From an uncultured Bacillota bacterium (GTDB lineage Bacteria; Bacillota; Clostridia; Peptostreptococcales; Anaerovoracaceae), in the NCBI GenBank assembly GCA_949295785.1, contig CASFMJ010000110.1:1313-65312 (forward strand): DNA of 64,000 bases, written 5' to 3'. The notes under the pieces were generated by a model. That model was given only the letters and a program-made list of their open reading frames with translations. It did no database searches and was not told the DNA's origin. The stretch's first letter is position 1. The number at the start of each line of letters is the position of its first letter. A program made the translations under genes and the position numbers. Shown here piece by piece: positions 1 to 8,036 of this stretch.

Positions 1-1374
1 GGAAAGGGAATGGATAGCCTTATCGGAAGTGTTTTCGATGAAGTAAGCTTCCTGGACATTCTCAGACCAATGGATTGTGTTGAAAAACTGGGAGGAGAAT
101 CCCTTTTTGACCTTTCTGTAAACTGTGCCGAGATACCGGGTGCAGAAACGGTAAATATTCTCGCTACAAAGCCCGGAGGCACTGTACTGTTTGCTAATTT
201 AATAAACAATCTCAACATCGCTCTTTACATAACTGAATCCATATCAAAAAATCTTGAAGTCCGCAGCGCGGAAGGATATCTGGAAGAATACGATAACTTT
301 GATATTGAAATGGTCAGAAAAATGGCCGGATTCTTTAAAGATGTGGAATTTATAGAGAAACCTTATACATGCCCAGACGATGATGAGTACATATATAATC
401 AGGCGCTTATGGAAAAAACCATGGCGGCGGATTTTGTTTTCCGCAGTAAGGCAATGCAGGCGGTTCTGGAAAATATAATCAAGATTTCCAGATATGACTG
501 CAATGTCATAATCTTCGGAGACACCGGAGTCGGAAAGGAAAAAGCGGCTAATCTGATACAGAAAAACAGCGACAGAAAGCTGCAGCCATTTGTTAAGATC
601 AACTGCGGAGCAATTTCGCCCAGCCTGATTGAATCTGAGTTTTTCGGGTACGAAAAAGGCGCGTTTACGGGAGCAAACGCCGGAGGCAAAAAAGGATATT
701 TTGAACTTGCCAATAACGGGGTCATTTTTCTTGATGAAATCGGTGAACTGCCGCTGGAGATGCAGGCAAAACTTCTCAGAGCCATACAGGATGGAGAATT
801 TTACAGAGTGGGAGGAACCTCCCCGGTAAAAACCAATGTGAGGATAATTTCTGCCACCAATAAAGATCTTGAGCAATACGTGGAGGAGGGCAGATTCAGA
901 CGGGATCTCTACTACCGATTAAATGTGGTACCGATAAGAATCCCGCCTCTCGCAGAAAGAACTGAAGATATCCCTGCCCTTATAAATCATTTCCTTTTGA
1001 AATATGGTGAAAAATTCGGACTGAAAAGAGGAATGGCCGAAAGTGCAGTTGAATATCTGCAGCAGCAGCACTGGCCGGGAAACATAAGGGAACTTGAGAA
1101 CACTGTACAGAGACTTCTGATTTCTGCTGAAGGAGAGGATATAACCCTTATGGACGTTATGCAGGAAGTTCATCCTGAACTTTTTGGAACAGGTATCCAG
1201 GAAAATCAGCAGGAAGAAATGTCCGAAATTGATCTTCATGATGCTGTGGAGGATTATGAGAAAAATCTGATAAAGTATGCTTGTGAAAAGTACGGTTCCA
1301 CAAGGAAAGCAGCTTCTGCCATAGGAATAAGCCAGACTCAGCTGGTTCGGAAAAAGAAAAAATACCATTTATAG
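1..1374 (+). CDS. sigma-54-dependent transcriptional activator (bEBP); the 5' end may be cut by the window edge
   Basis: The frame is open from nt 1 (GKG before the first M). It has Walker A GDTGVGKE, the sigma-54 contact motif GAFTGA (EKGAFTGAN), ELENTV, and a C-terminal Fis-type HTH (RKAASAIGISQTQLVRK). The N-terminal ~100 aa align to the C-terminal part of Kdd. Confidence 0.9.
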   Translation, partial: GKGMDSLIGSVFDEVSFLDILRPMDCVEKLGGESLFDLSVNCAEIPGAETVNILATKPGGTVLFANLINNLNIALYITESISKNLEVRSAEGYLEEYDNFDIEMVRKMAGFFKDVEFIEKPYTCPDDDEYIYNQALMEKTMAADFVFRSKAMQAVLENIIKISRYDCNVIIFGDTGVGKEKAANLIQKNSDRKLQPFVKINCGAISPSLIESEFFGYEKGAFTGANAGGKKGYFELANNGVIFLDEIGELPLEMQAKLLRAIQDGEFYRVGGTSPVKTNVRIISATNKDLEQYVEEGRFRRDLYYRLNVVPIRIPPLAERTEDIPALINHFLLKYGEKFGLKRGMAESAVEYLQQQHWPGNIRELENTVQRLLISAEGEDITLMDVMQEVHPELFGTGIQENQQEEMSEIDLHDAVEDYEKNLIKYACEKYGSTRKAASAIGISQTQLVRKKKKYHL

Positions 1375-1380
1375 TAAAAA

Positions 1381-1416
1381 AACAACGTGAACATAAAACG
1401 GTTCACGTTGTTTTTG
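1381..1416 (+). terminator. rho-independent terminator after the activator gene
   Basis: Perfect 12-bp stem AACAACGTGAAC / GTTCACGTTGTT with an 8-nt loop, followed by a T run. Confidence 0.7.
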
Positions 1417-1531
1417 TATGAAACGAAAACGGTTCAAAAAATCCTGCGCGAGAAACGACAAAAAAAGACAACAACCGGTTAAACTGTGCAAAACACAGCT
1501 CGTCAAATGACGGTTGTTTTTAACAGAGTGT

Positions 1532-1547
1532 TGGCATAAATTTTGCT
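1532..1547 (+). promoter_or_regulatory. sigma-54 (-24/-12) promoter of the lysine-fermentation operon
   Basis: TGGCATAAATTTTGCT matches TGGCAC-N5-TTGCW with the exact GG-to-GC spacing. It lies ~46 nt upstream of the kdd start and downstream of a bEBP gene. Confidence 0.7.
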
Positions 1548-1593
1548 TTATTTAGAAATGGCATAAAATTGAGATGAAAAAGGAGTAAGGTTT

Positions 1594-2631
1594 ATGGAAT
1601 TTAAAAAAGGAGACATTTACGGAACACATCGCGTGATTAAACCAAAGGGAGTGCTTCCTCAGCCGGCAGATGTCGTAGACAATAATATGGAGATATATGA
1701 CAATGAAGTGCTGATTGATGTACATACTTTAAATATAGATTCTGCGTCATTCACAGAAATTGAAAAACGTGCAGGTGGAGACACAGCGGAAATAGAAAAG
1801 ATAATTCTCAATATAGTCGAAACTACAGGTAAGCATAAAAACCCATGGACGGGTTCCGGTGGAATGCTTATCGGCAAAGTTGCCCAGGTTGGCCCTAATT
1901 ACGAAGGTGATCTTAAAAAGGGAGACAAGATTGCGACTCTGGTGTCTCTTTCTCTGACGCCGCTGAGAATTGATGAGATAATCGAAATAAGACCTGATAT
2001 AGACCAGGTTGACATAAAAGGGCAGGCCATACTTTTCCAGAGCGGTATATATGCAAAACTTCCAAAAGATATACCTCAGACTCTGGCACTTTCGGTGCTT
2101 GATGTGGCCGGAGCTCCTGCTCAGACAGCTAAAATATGCAAACCCGGAGATACAGTTGTTGTTCTGGGCGGTGGCGGCAAATCAGGCATACTGTGCTGCT
2201 GGCAGGCAAAGAAGCAGGTCGGTGTCAACGGGACAGTCATTTGTGTAGATGGATTTAAAAAATCCATAAACAGAGCAATGTCGGTGGGAGTGGCAGATGA
2301 ATACAGCGTGGTCAACGCCACAGATGCCATGGCCATGTATGAAGAAATATATGATCTTACAGACGGCAATATGGCCGATGTGGTTATCAATGTGGTAAAT
2401 ATACCGAATACAGAGATGGCTTCTATAATGGCGGCTAAAGATAACGGTCTTGTGTATTTCTTTTCCATGGCCACCAGCTTTACAAAAGCCGCTCTTGGAG
2501 CAGAGGGAGTCGGAAAAGATGTTCAGATGCTCATAGGAAACGGATACACTAAAGGACATGCAAATGTAGCGCTGCAGATATTGAGAGAAGATGAAAGAAT
2601 CAGAAATCTGTTCGCTCAGATGTATGCATAA
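1594..2631 (+). CDS. kdd: L-erythro-3,5-diaminohexanoate dehydrogenase (Kdd), copy 1
   Basis: 345 aa with RBS AAAGGAG. Family-typical blocks are GTHRVIKPKGVLPQPAD, GKHKNPWTGSGGML and the GGGGKSG nucleotide loop. It sits in a kamA/kamDE context. Confidence 0.85.
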   Translation: MEFKKGDIYGTHRVIKPKGVLPQPADVVDNNMEIYDNEVLIDVHTLNIDSASFTEIEKRAGGDTAEIEKIILNIVETTGKHKNPWTGSGGMLIGKVAQVGPNYEGDLKKGDKIATLVSLSLTPLRIDEIIEIRPDIDQVDIKGQAILFQSGIYAKLPKDIPQTLALSVLDVAGAPAQTAKICKPGDTVVVLGGGGKSGILCCWQAKKQVGVNGTVICVDGFKKSINRAMSVGVADEYSVVNATDAMAMYEEIYDLTDGNMADVVINVVNIPNTEMASIMAAKDNGLVYFFSMATSFTKAALGAEGVGKDVQMLIGNGYTKGHANVALQILREDERIRNLFAQMYA

Positions 2632-2771
2632 AACATCATGTATTCATAAACAATTTAAGATTTGCTATAGAAAAAAATAAATTTCTGATATATAATTAAC
2701 ACGGCAACTTATGCTCGAAATTATTTCGAGCGTAAAATTATAAAAACATTTTTTTGAGGAGGAAAAATAAA

Positions 2772-3839
2772 ATGAAAAAAGGATGCCCTTACGGTACACA
2801 CAGAGTAATTTCCCCGAAAGGAGTATTACCACAGCCGGCTGATGTTATCGACAACACTATGGAGATCTATGACAACGAAGTTCTGATCGATGTTAAGACT
2901 CTCAATGTTGACTCTGCTTCTTTTACTGAAATCGTAAGAAGATCATGCGACGGCAAGAAGCCCGCAGATATCGAAAACTCTCCTGAAGATCAGGAAAAAG
3001 TAAAGAAGACAATGATGGAAATTGTTGCTAACGCTGGTAAGCATAAGAACCCATGGACAGGTTCCGGCGGAATGCTCATCGGTACTGTTAAGGAAATAGG
3101 ACCTGCGTATGTAGGAGACTTAAAGGTAGGCGACAAGATCGCTACACTGGTATCCCTTTCTCTGACTCCGCTGGTTATTGATGAGATCCTGGAAATGAGA
3201 CCTGCTATTGACCAGGTTGATATCAAGGGTCAGGCAATACTGTTCCAGAGCGGAATCTATGCTGTTCTTCCTGACGATATGCCTGAAGGACTTGCACTTT
3301 CAGCACTGGACGTAGCAGGAGCTCCAGCTCAGGCTGCCAAACTGGTTCAGTCCGGAATGAAAGTTCTTATCATAGGCGGAGGCGGAAAGTCCGGTCTTCT
3401 CTGCTTATATGAAGCTAAGAAGAGAGCAGGCGTTACCGGTCTGGTAGTATGTGCCGCAGGTTCACAGAAATCAGAAGACAGAGCAAGAAAGCTGGATCTG
3501 GCTGATGAATACTTCCATATGGATGCTACAGATGCAGTTGGAATGTACAACAAGGCTATGGAACTGACCAATGGCGAATTATTCGACCTGGTAATCAACT
3601 GTGTAAACATAGAAAACACAGAGATGGCTTCCATCCTGGCCTGCAAGGACGAAGGAACTGTATACTTCTTCTCAATGGCTACAAGCTTCACTAAGGCTGC
3701 TCTGGGCGCAGAAGGCGTTGGCAAGGACGTAAACATGATCATCGGAAATGGTTACACTAAGGGTCATGCTGCTATCACTCTTCAGGTTCTCAGAGAGCAT
3801 GAAGGACTCAGAAACCTGTTCCAGGAAATGTATGCTTAA
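2772..3839 (+). CDS. kdd: L-erythro-3,5-diaminohexanoate dehydrogenase (Kdd), copy 2
   Basis: 355 aa from the ATG at 2772, with RBS GAGGAGG at 2756-2762. The track ORF starts at an upstream TTG. It is roughly two-thirds identical to copy 1 by eye and has a ~12-aa insertion after SFTEI. Confidence 0.85.
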   Translation: MKKGCPYGTHRVISPKGVLPQPADVIDNTMEIYDNEVLIDVKTLNVDSASFTEIVRRSCDGKKPADIENSPEDQEKVKKTMMEIVANAGKHKNPWTGSGGMLIGTVKEIGPAYVGDLKVGDKIATLVSLSLTPLVIDEILEMRPAIDQVDIKGQAILFQSGIYAVLPDDMPEGLALSALDVAGAPAQAAKLVQSGMKVLIIGGGGKSGLLCLYEAKKRAGVTGLVVCAAGSQKSEDRARKLDLADEYFHMDATDAVGMYNKAMELTNGELFDLVINCVNIENTEMASILACKDEGTVYFFSMATSFTKAALGAEGVGKDVNMIIGNGYTKGHAAITLQVLREHEGLRNLFQEMYA

Positions 3840-3998
3840 TTAAGTCCTGTATACAGAAAAATTCAGGTTAAAGTATGGAAAAGCCTGAATAATTCTGGTT
3901 TCAGAGATTATAATTCAGCGCTAAAACAAGATGCATCGTAAAACGATGAGAGAATGAAGTAAAAACAAATCTCAAAATTAAAATTTAAGGAGATCAAA

Positions 3999-5258
3999 AT
4001 GGCAATTAGAAATTGGAAAGACATCCCTCTGTTTAAGGATGTTACCGACGAACAGTGGAACGACTGGCATTGGCAGGTTGAAAACAGACTGTCAACAGTT
4101 GAGGAAATTGCACAGGTAGTGAACCTGACTGAGCAGGAAAGAGCTGATATCGAAAAGGTTATGGGCGGCTTCAGAGTGGGAATCACTCCTTACTATGCTT
4201 CCCTGATGGATCCTGATGATCCGAGAGATCCGGTAAGAATGCAGGCAGTACCTACACTGGCAGAGATGCACAGATCCGAAGCAGACGACCTTGATCCGCT
4301 TCATGAAGATGCTGACTCTCCGGCTCCGGGACTTACTCACAGATATCCTGACAGAGTACTGTTCCTGATCACTGACCAGTGCTCAATGTACTGCAGACAC
4401 TGCACCAGAAGAAGACTGGCAGGAGAAACTGACGGTTCAAGATCAAGAGAGGATATCGATGCATGTATAGATTACATAAGAAGAACACCTCAGGTAAGAG
4501 ACGTTCTTCTGTCAGGCGGAGACTGCCTCTGTGTTGAGGATGACACTCTTGAATACATCATCAGCGAACTGAGAAAGATTCCTCATGTTGAGATCGTAAG
4601 ACTTGGCTCAAGAACTCCTGTGGTAATGCCTATGAGAATCACAGACAAGCTGGTAAACATGCTGAAGAAGTATCACCCGATCTGGCTGAACACTCACTTC
4701 AACCATCCTAAGGAAATGACTCCTGATTCAATGGAAGCATGCAGAAAGCTGGCTGACGCAGGTATTCCTCTCGGAAACCAGTCAGTACTCTTGAGAGGTG
4801 TAAACGACTGTAAGCACATCATGAGAGAACTGGTACAGATTCTGGTTAAGAACAGAGTAAGACCTTACTACATCTACATCTGCGACCTGTCAATGGGTAT
4901 TGAACACTTCAGAACACCTGTTTCAAAGGGTATCGAGATTATTGAAGGTCTGAGAGGACACACTTCAGGATATGCTGTTCCGACTTTCGTAGTAGATGCT
5001 CCCGGCGGCGGCGGAAAGACTCCGGTAATGCCTCAGTATGTGATTTCTCAGACTCCTCACAAGGTTATCCTGAGAAACTACGAGGGTATCATTACTACCT
5101 ATACGGAACCTCAGCTTCCTGATCTTCCTTGCACATGCGATTACTGCACAGGCAAGAAAACTTACAAATATCAGGGTGTTTCGGCTCTGGGAGAAGGTCC
5201 TGAAATCAAGACCATCGAGCCTGCACATCTGGCAAGACACGAAAGAAACCAGCACTAA
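3999..5258 (+). CDS. kamA: L-lysine 2,3-aminomutase (radical SAM)
   Basis: 419 aa with RBS AAGGAG. The CxxxCxxC radical-SAM motif is CSMYCRHC (nt 4380-4403). Also present are the blocks RVGITPYYASLMDPDDPRDP and PGGGGKTP. Confidence 0.92.
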   Translation: MAIRNWKDIPLFKDVTDEQWNDWHWQVENRLSTVEEIAQVVNLTEQERADIEKVMGGFRVGITPYYASLMDPDDPRDPVRMQAVPTLAEMHRSEADDLDPLHEDADSPAPGLTHRYPDRVLFLITDQCSMYCRHCTRRRLAGETDGSRSREDIDACIDYIRRTPQVRDVLLSGGDCLCVEDDTLEYIISELRKIPHVEIVRLGSRTPVVMPMRITDKLVNMLKKYHPIWLNTHFNHPKEMTPDSMEACRKLADAGIPLGNQSVLLRGVNDCKHIMRELVQILVKNRVRPYYIYICDLSMGIEHFRTPVSKGIEIIEGLRGHTSGYAVPTFVVDAPGGGGKTPVMPQYVISQTPHKVILRNYEGIITTYTEPQLPDLPCTCDYCTGKKTYKYQGVSALGEGPEIKTIEPAHLARHERNQH

Positions 5259-5343
5259 TGCAGTTTTTTCGGTCTGTAAAATAAACAAATCTCTGCGGGG
5301 AGACCTTGTGTCTCCCCACAGATGTGAAAGAGGATACATAATT

Positions 5344-6360
5344 ATGGGGCTTCTTTATGACCTTTCAAAAAAATACAGGACTATTTCCATAGTAGGAATG
5401 GCAAAAAATGCAGGAAAAACTACTGCACTGAATTACCTTATAGAAGAGGCCGACGATGAGGGGCTCACGCTGGGAATAACCTCCACCGGAAGAGACGGAG
5501 AAACACAGGATCTTGTAACGGGGACGGAAAAACCCAGGGTTTATCTTTACGAAGATACAATAGTATCGGTGCCGACCCAGCTTTATGATCTTGCAGAGGC
5601 CGGTCTTGAAATAGTAAGAAAATCAAATTACAGAACATCCATAGGTGACCTGCTTTTGTGCAGAGTGGCCGAAGCAGGATATGTTCAGATAGCCGGGCCT
5701 GTGGCTACGGCTCATACTAAGATGATGTGTGATGAAATGTTTGATATGGGATGTGAGCTCATATTAATAGACGGCGCAATAGACAGAAAGTCCATAGCTT
5801 CACCCGACACATCGGATGCAATAATACTTTCTACAGGGGCTGTGCTCTCCAGAAATCTTAAAAAAGTTGTGGAGGATACTGCTCATATAGTCAGTCTTTA
5901 TACTTTACCTCAGCTTGAGGAATGCGAAGCCAGAAGTCTTATAGAAGACAATATGGGAGAAGACAAGATAATGCTGATAAAAAAAGGCCGGGTTGAAATT
6001 CTTGATCTTGCCACGGGACTGGGATCAAGCAGGTTCATAGATGAGGCTATAGATCAGGATACTGATTATGTTTATATACCCGGAGCCTTTACTAACAGTG
6101 TTGTAGCTGATATCCATCCATCAAAACTCAAAAGAGTAAAGTTTGTTCTTAAAGATCCTACAAAGATTTTTATGAACCCTATGGATTGGGGGCAGCTTAA
6201 AAAGAAAAAATTTCAGGTAAGCGTTATGAAAAATATAAAGGTGGCAGCAATTACAGTCAACCCGGTGGCTCCAAGCGGCTACAGCTTTGACCATCAGGTT
6301 TTGCGTGACGCTATGCAGGCCGCCCTTCCGGATATACCGGTAGTAGATGTGAGAATGTAA
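5344..6360 (+). CDS. kamB: P-loop protein of the lysine-fermentation cluster (putative 5,6-aminomutase reactivase subunit)
   Basis: 338 aa from the ATG at 5344, with RBS AGAGGA. The track ORF start at 5176 overlaps kamA and was rejected. The Walker-A-like motif is GMAKNAGKTT (5395-5424). The name comes from my recollection of the kamA-B-C-D-E naming and is not verified. Confidence 0.55.
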   Translation: MGLLYDLSKKYRTISIVGMAKNAGKTTALNYLIEEADDEGLTLGITSTGRDGETQDLVTGTEKPRVYLYEDTIVSVPTQLYDLAEAGLEIVRKSNYRTSIGDLLLCRVAEAGYVQIAGPVATAHTKMMCDEMFDMGCELILIDGAIDRKSIASPDTSDAIILSTGAVLSRNLKKVVEDTAHIVSLYTLPQLEECEARSLIEDNMGEDKIMLIKKGRVEILDLATGLGSSRFIDEAIDQDTDYVYIPGAFTNSVVADIHPSKLKRVKFVLKDPTKIFMNPMDWGQLKKKKFQVSVMKNIKVAAITVNPVAPSGYSFDHQVLRDAMQAALPDIPVVDVRM

Positions 6361-6380
6361 ACAAGCAGAAGGAGGAATAT

Positions 6381-8024
6381 ATGAAGCACGGCTCAAACAG
6401 GAGACTTGCCAATGTAAAGACGAGATCGGAGACAGGGCTGGACTATGTTATGTCTCAGATAGATCTGAACACTCCTTTCGGCAAAAATATATTAAAAGAA
6501 ACCAGACCTTTCTTCCCGGGGGAAGAAGAAAAACTGAGGAAGGAACTGGATAAAGTTTCTGATATGATTGAATTTGCAAAGGAAAATAAACGTTCAGTCG
6601 AGATACTTTCAGAAGCTTTTATGGAAATCAAGGATAATACGTATACCATAGACAGAAGTTCAAAGAATGCGTTGTCTGTAGTCGAATTATACGAAATAAA
6701 GACATTGCTTCTGATGATGAGAAAGATCGAGCAGATATGTTCCAAGACCAGTCCTGCTGTTCCTGATGAATTCGTTCTGGAACCTACAGAGGAACTTCTG
6801 GATGTTATGGATCCCAATAAGGACAGGCTTAATACATTTTACATATACAGTGAATTCTCAGAAAAGCTGAAAGAACTTCGCGAGGAAAAACACAAGATAG
6901 AAGTTTCCATAAGGAAAACACAGAAAGCGCAAAAAGAGGAAATAAGAAAACAGTATGGAATCATACTGACTCCCAAGTTTGACTGTTCGGTTTCCAAGAG
7001 CAGCGGAGATGTGGAAAAATATAAGGCTGTTCCCCAGCTGGAACAGGTAGATGAAGATTATATGACAGTAACCTTCAGACTTAAACCGGATCAGGATGTT
7101 TATGAACTTGTCAGAAAGTCCGAGGATCTTACTACAGACATTGAGGAAGAAGAGGCTGTGGTAAGGAAGTCGCTTTCGGAGAAAATCGCAGAATATGCCG
7201 ATGTGCTGAAAGCAAATTGTAACAGAATAGGTCACCTTGATCTGGCTCTTGGCAAAGCTCTTTATGCGATAAAACATGAATGTGTAAAGCCGGAAATTAG
7301 TGACAGTCACATACTTGAGATAGAAGACGGCAGACATCTTAAGGTAGAGGATATTTTAAAATCTAAGGGTAAAAAGTACTGCCCGGTCAGCATCTCTCTT
7401 AAGGATGGTGTGACATGCATAACAGGTGCCAATATGGGGGGCAAGACGATTTCGCTTAAGCTTACAGGTCTTGTGGCCATACTTGCACAATATGGATTTT
7501 TTGTTCCTTGCAGATCCGCCAGAGTGGGACTTTCCAATTATATGCAGATACTGATAGGTGACAGCCAGTCTGTGGAAAGAGGTCTTTCCAGTTTCGGAAG
7601 TGAAATGGAAGAACTCAAAGAAATTCTGGATCACAGCGAAGACAGGTCACTGATACTGATAGATGAGATAGCCAGCGGTACAAATCCGGTAGAGGGCCTT
7701 GCTCTTACCAGGAGCCTTGTGGACTATCTAAAGGAAAAACCGTATATTACTCTCATTACTACTCATTTTGAGGCTGTTACAGAAGAAAACGGAATAAAGA
7801 ACATGCAGGTCAGAGGGCTGGCCGATGTGGATTTCCGTCAGCTGGACAGTGAACTCAGATATGCAAAACGTAAAGAGAGAATAAATATAATTTCAAAGTA
7901 TATGGACTACAGGCTGTATACAGTCGAAAAACAGGGCCAGATACCTAAAGATGCTCTTAACATCGCAAAGATGCTGGGCATCAGTCAAGAAATCATTGAC
8001 GGAGCAAAAAAATATATTAAGTAA
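6381..8024 (+). CDS. kamC: MutS-domain-V-like ATPase (putative lysine 5,6-aminomutase reactivase ATPase)
   Basis: 547 aa with RBS GAAGGAGG. It has Walker A GANMGGKT (7425-7448), Walker B LILIDEIASGTNP, and SSFGSEMEE and TTHF blocks as in MutS/MutS2 domain V. The N-terminal ~330 aa are charged and coiled-coil-like, with no mismatch-binding domain recognised. Confidence 0.6.
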   Translation: MKHGSNRRLANVKTRSETGLDYVMSQIDLNTPFGKNILKETRPFFPGEEEKLRKELDKVSDMIEFAKENKRSVEILSEAFMEIKDNTYTIDRSSKNALSVVELYEIKTLLLMMRKIEQICSKTSPAVPDEFVLEPTEELLDVMDPNKDRLNTFYIYSEFSEKLKELREEKHKIEVSIRKTQKAQKEEIRKQYGIILTPKFDCSVSKSSGDVEKYKAVPQLEQVDEDYMTVTFRLKPDQDVYELVRKSEDLTTDIEEEEAVVRKSLSEKIAEYADVLKANCNRIGHLDLALGKALYAIKHECVKPEISDSHILEIEDGRHLKVEDILKSKGKKYCPVSISLKDGVTCITGANMGGKTISLKLTGLVAILAQYGFFVPCRSARVGLSNYMQILIGDSQSVERGLSSFGSEMEELKEILDHSEDRSLILIDEIASGTNPVEGLALTRSLVDYLKEKPYITLITTHFEAVTEENGIKNMQVRGLADVDFRQLDSELRYAKRKERINIISKYMDYRLYTVEKQGQIPKDALNIAKMLGISQEIIDGAKKYIK

Positions 8025-8036
8025 GGAGAGAAAAGG

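Noticed and set aside
2702-2715. Possible second sigma-54 promoter (CGGCAACTTATGCT) between the two kdd genes
   Set aside because: The GG-to-GC spacing is 10 nt instead of 12, and the -24 T and -12 TT are missing.
5176-5343. Upstream extension of the P-loop gene that overlaps the kamA 3' end
   Set aside because: The extension has no RBS, overlaps kamA by 83 nt and runs through the GC-rich hairpin. The ATG at 5344 has an AGAGGA RBS and gives an N-terminus leading into the P-loop.
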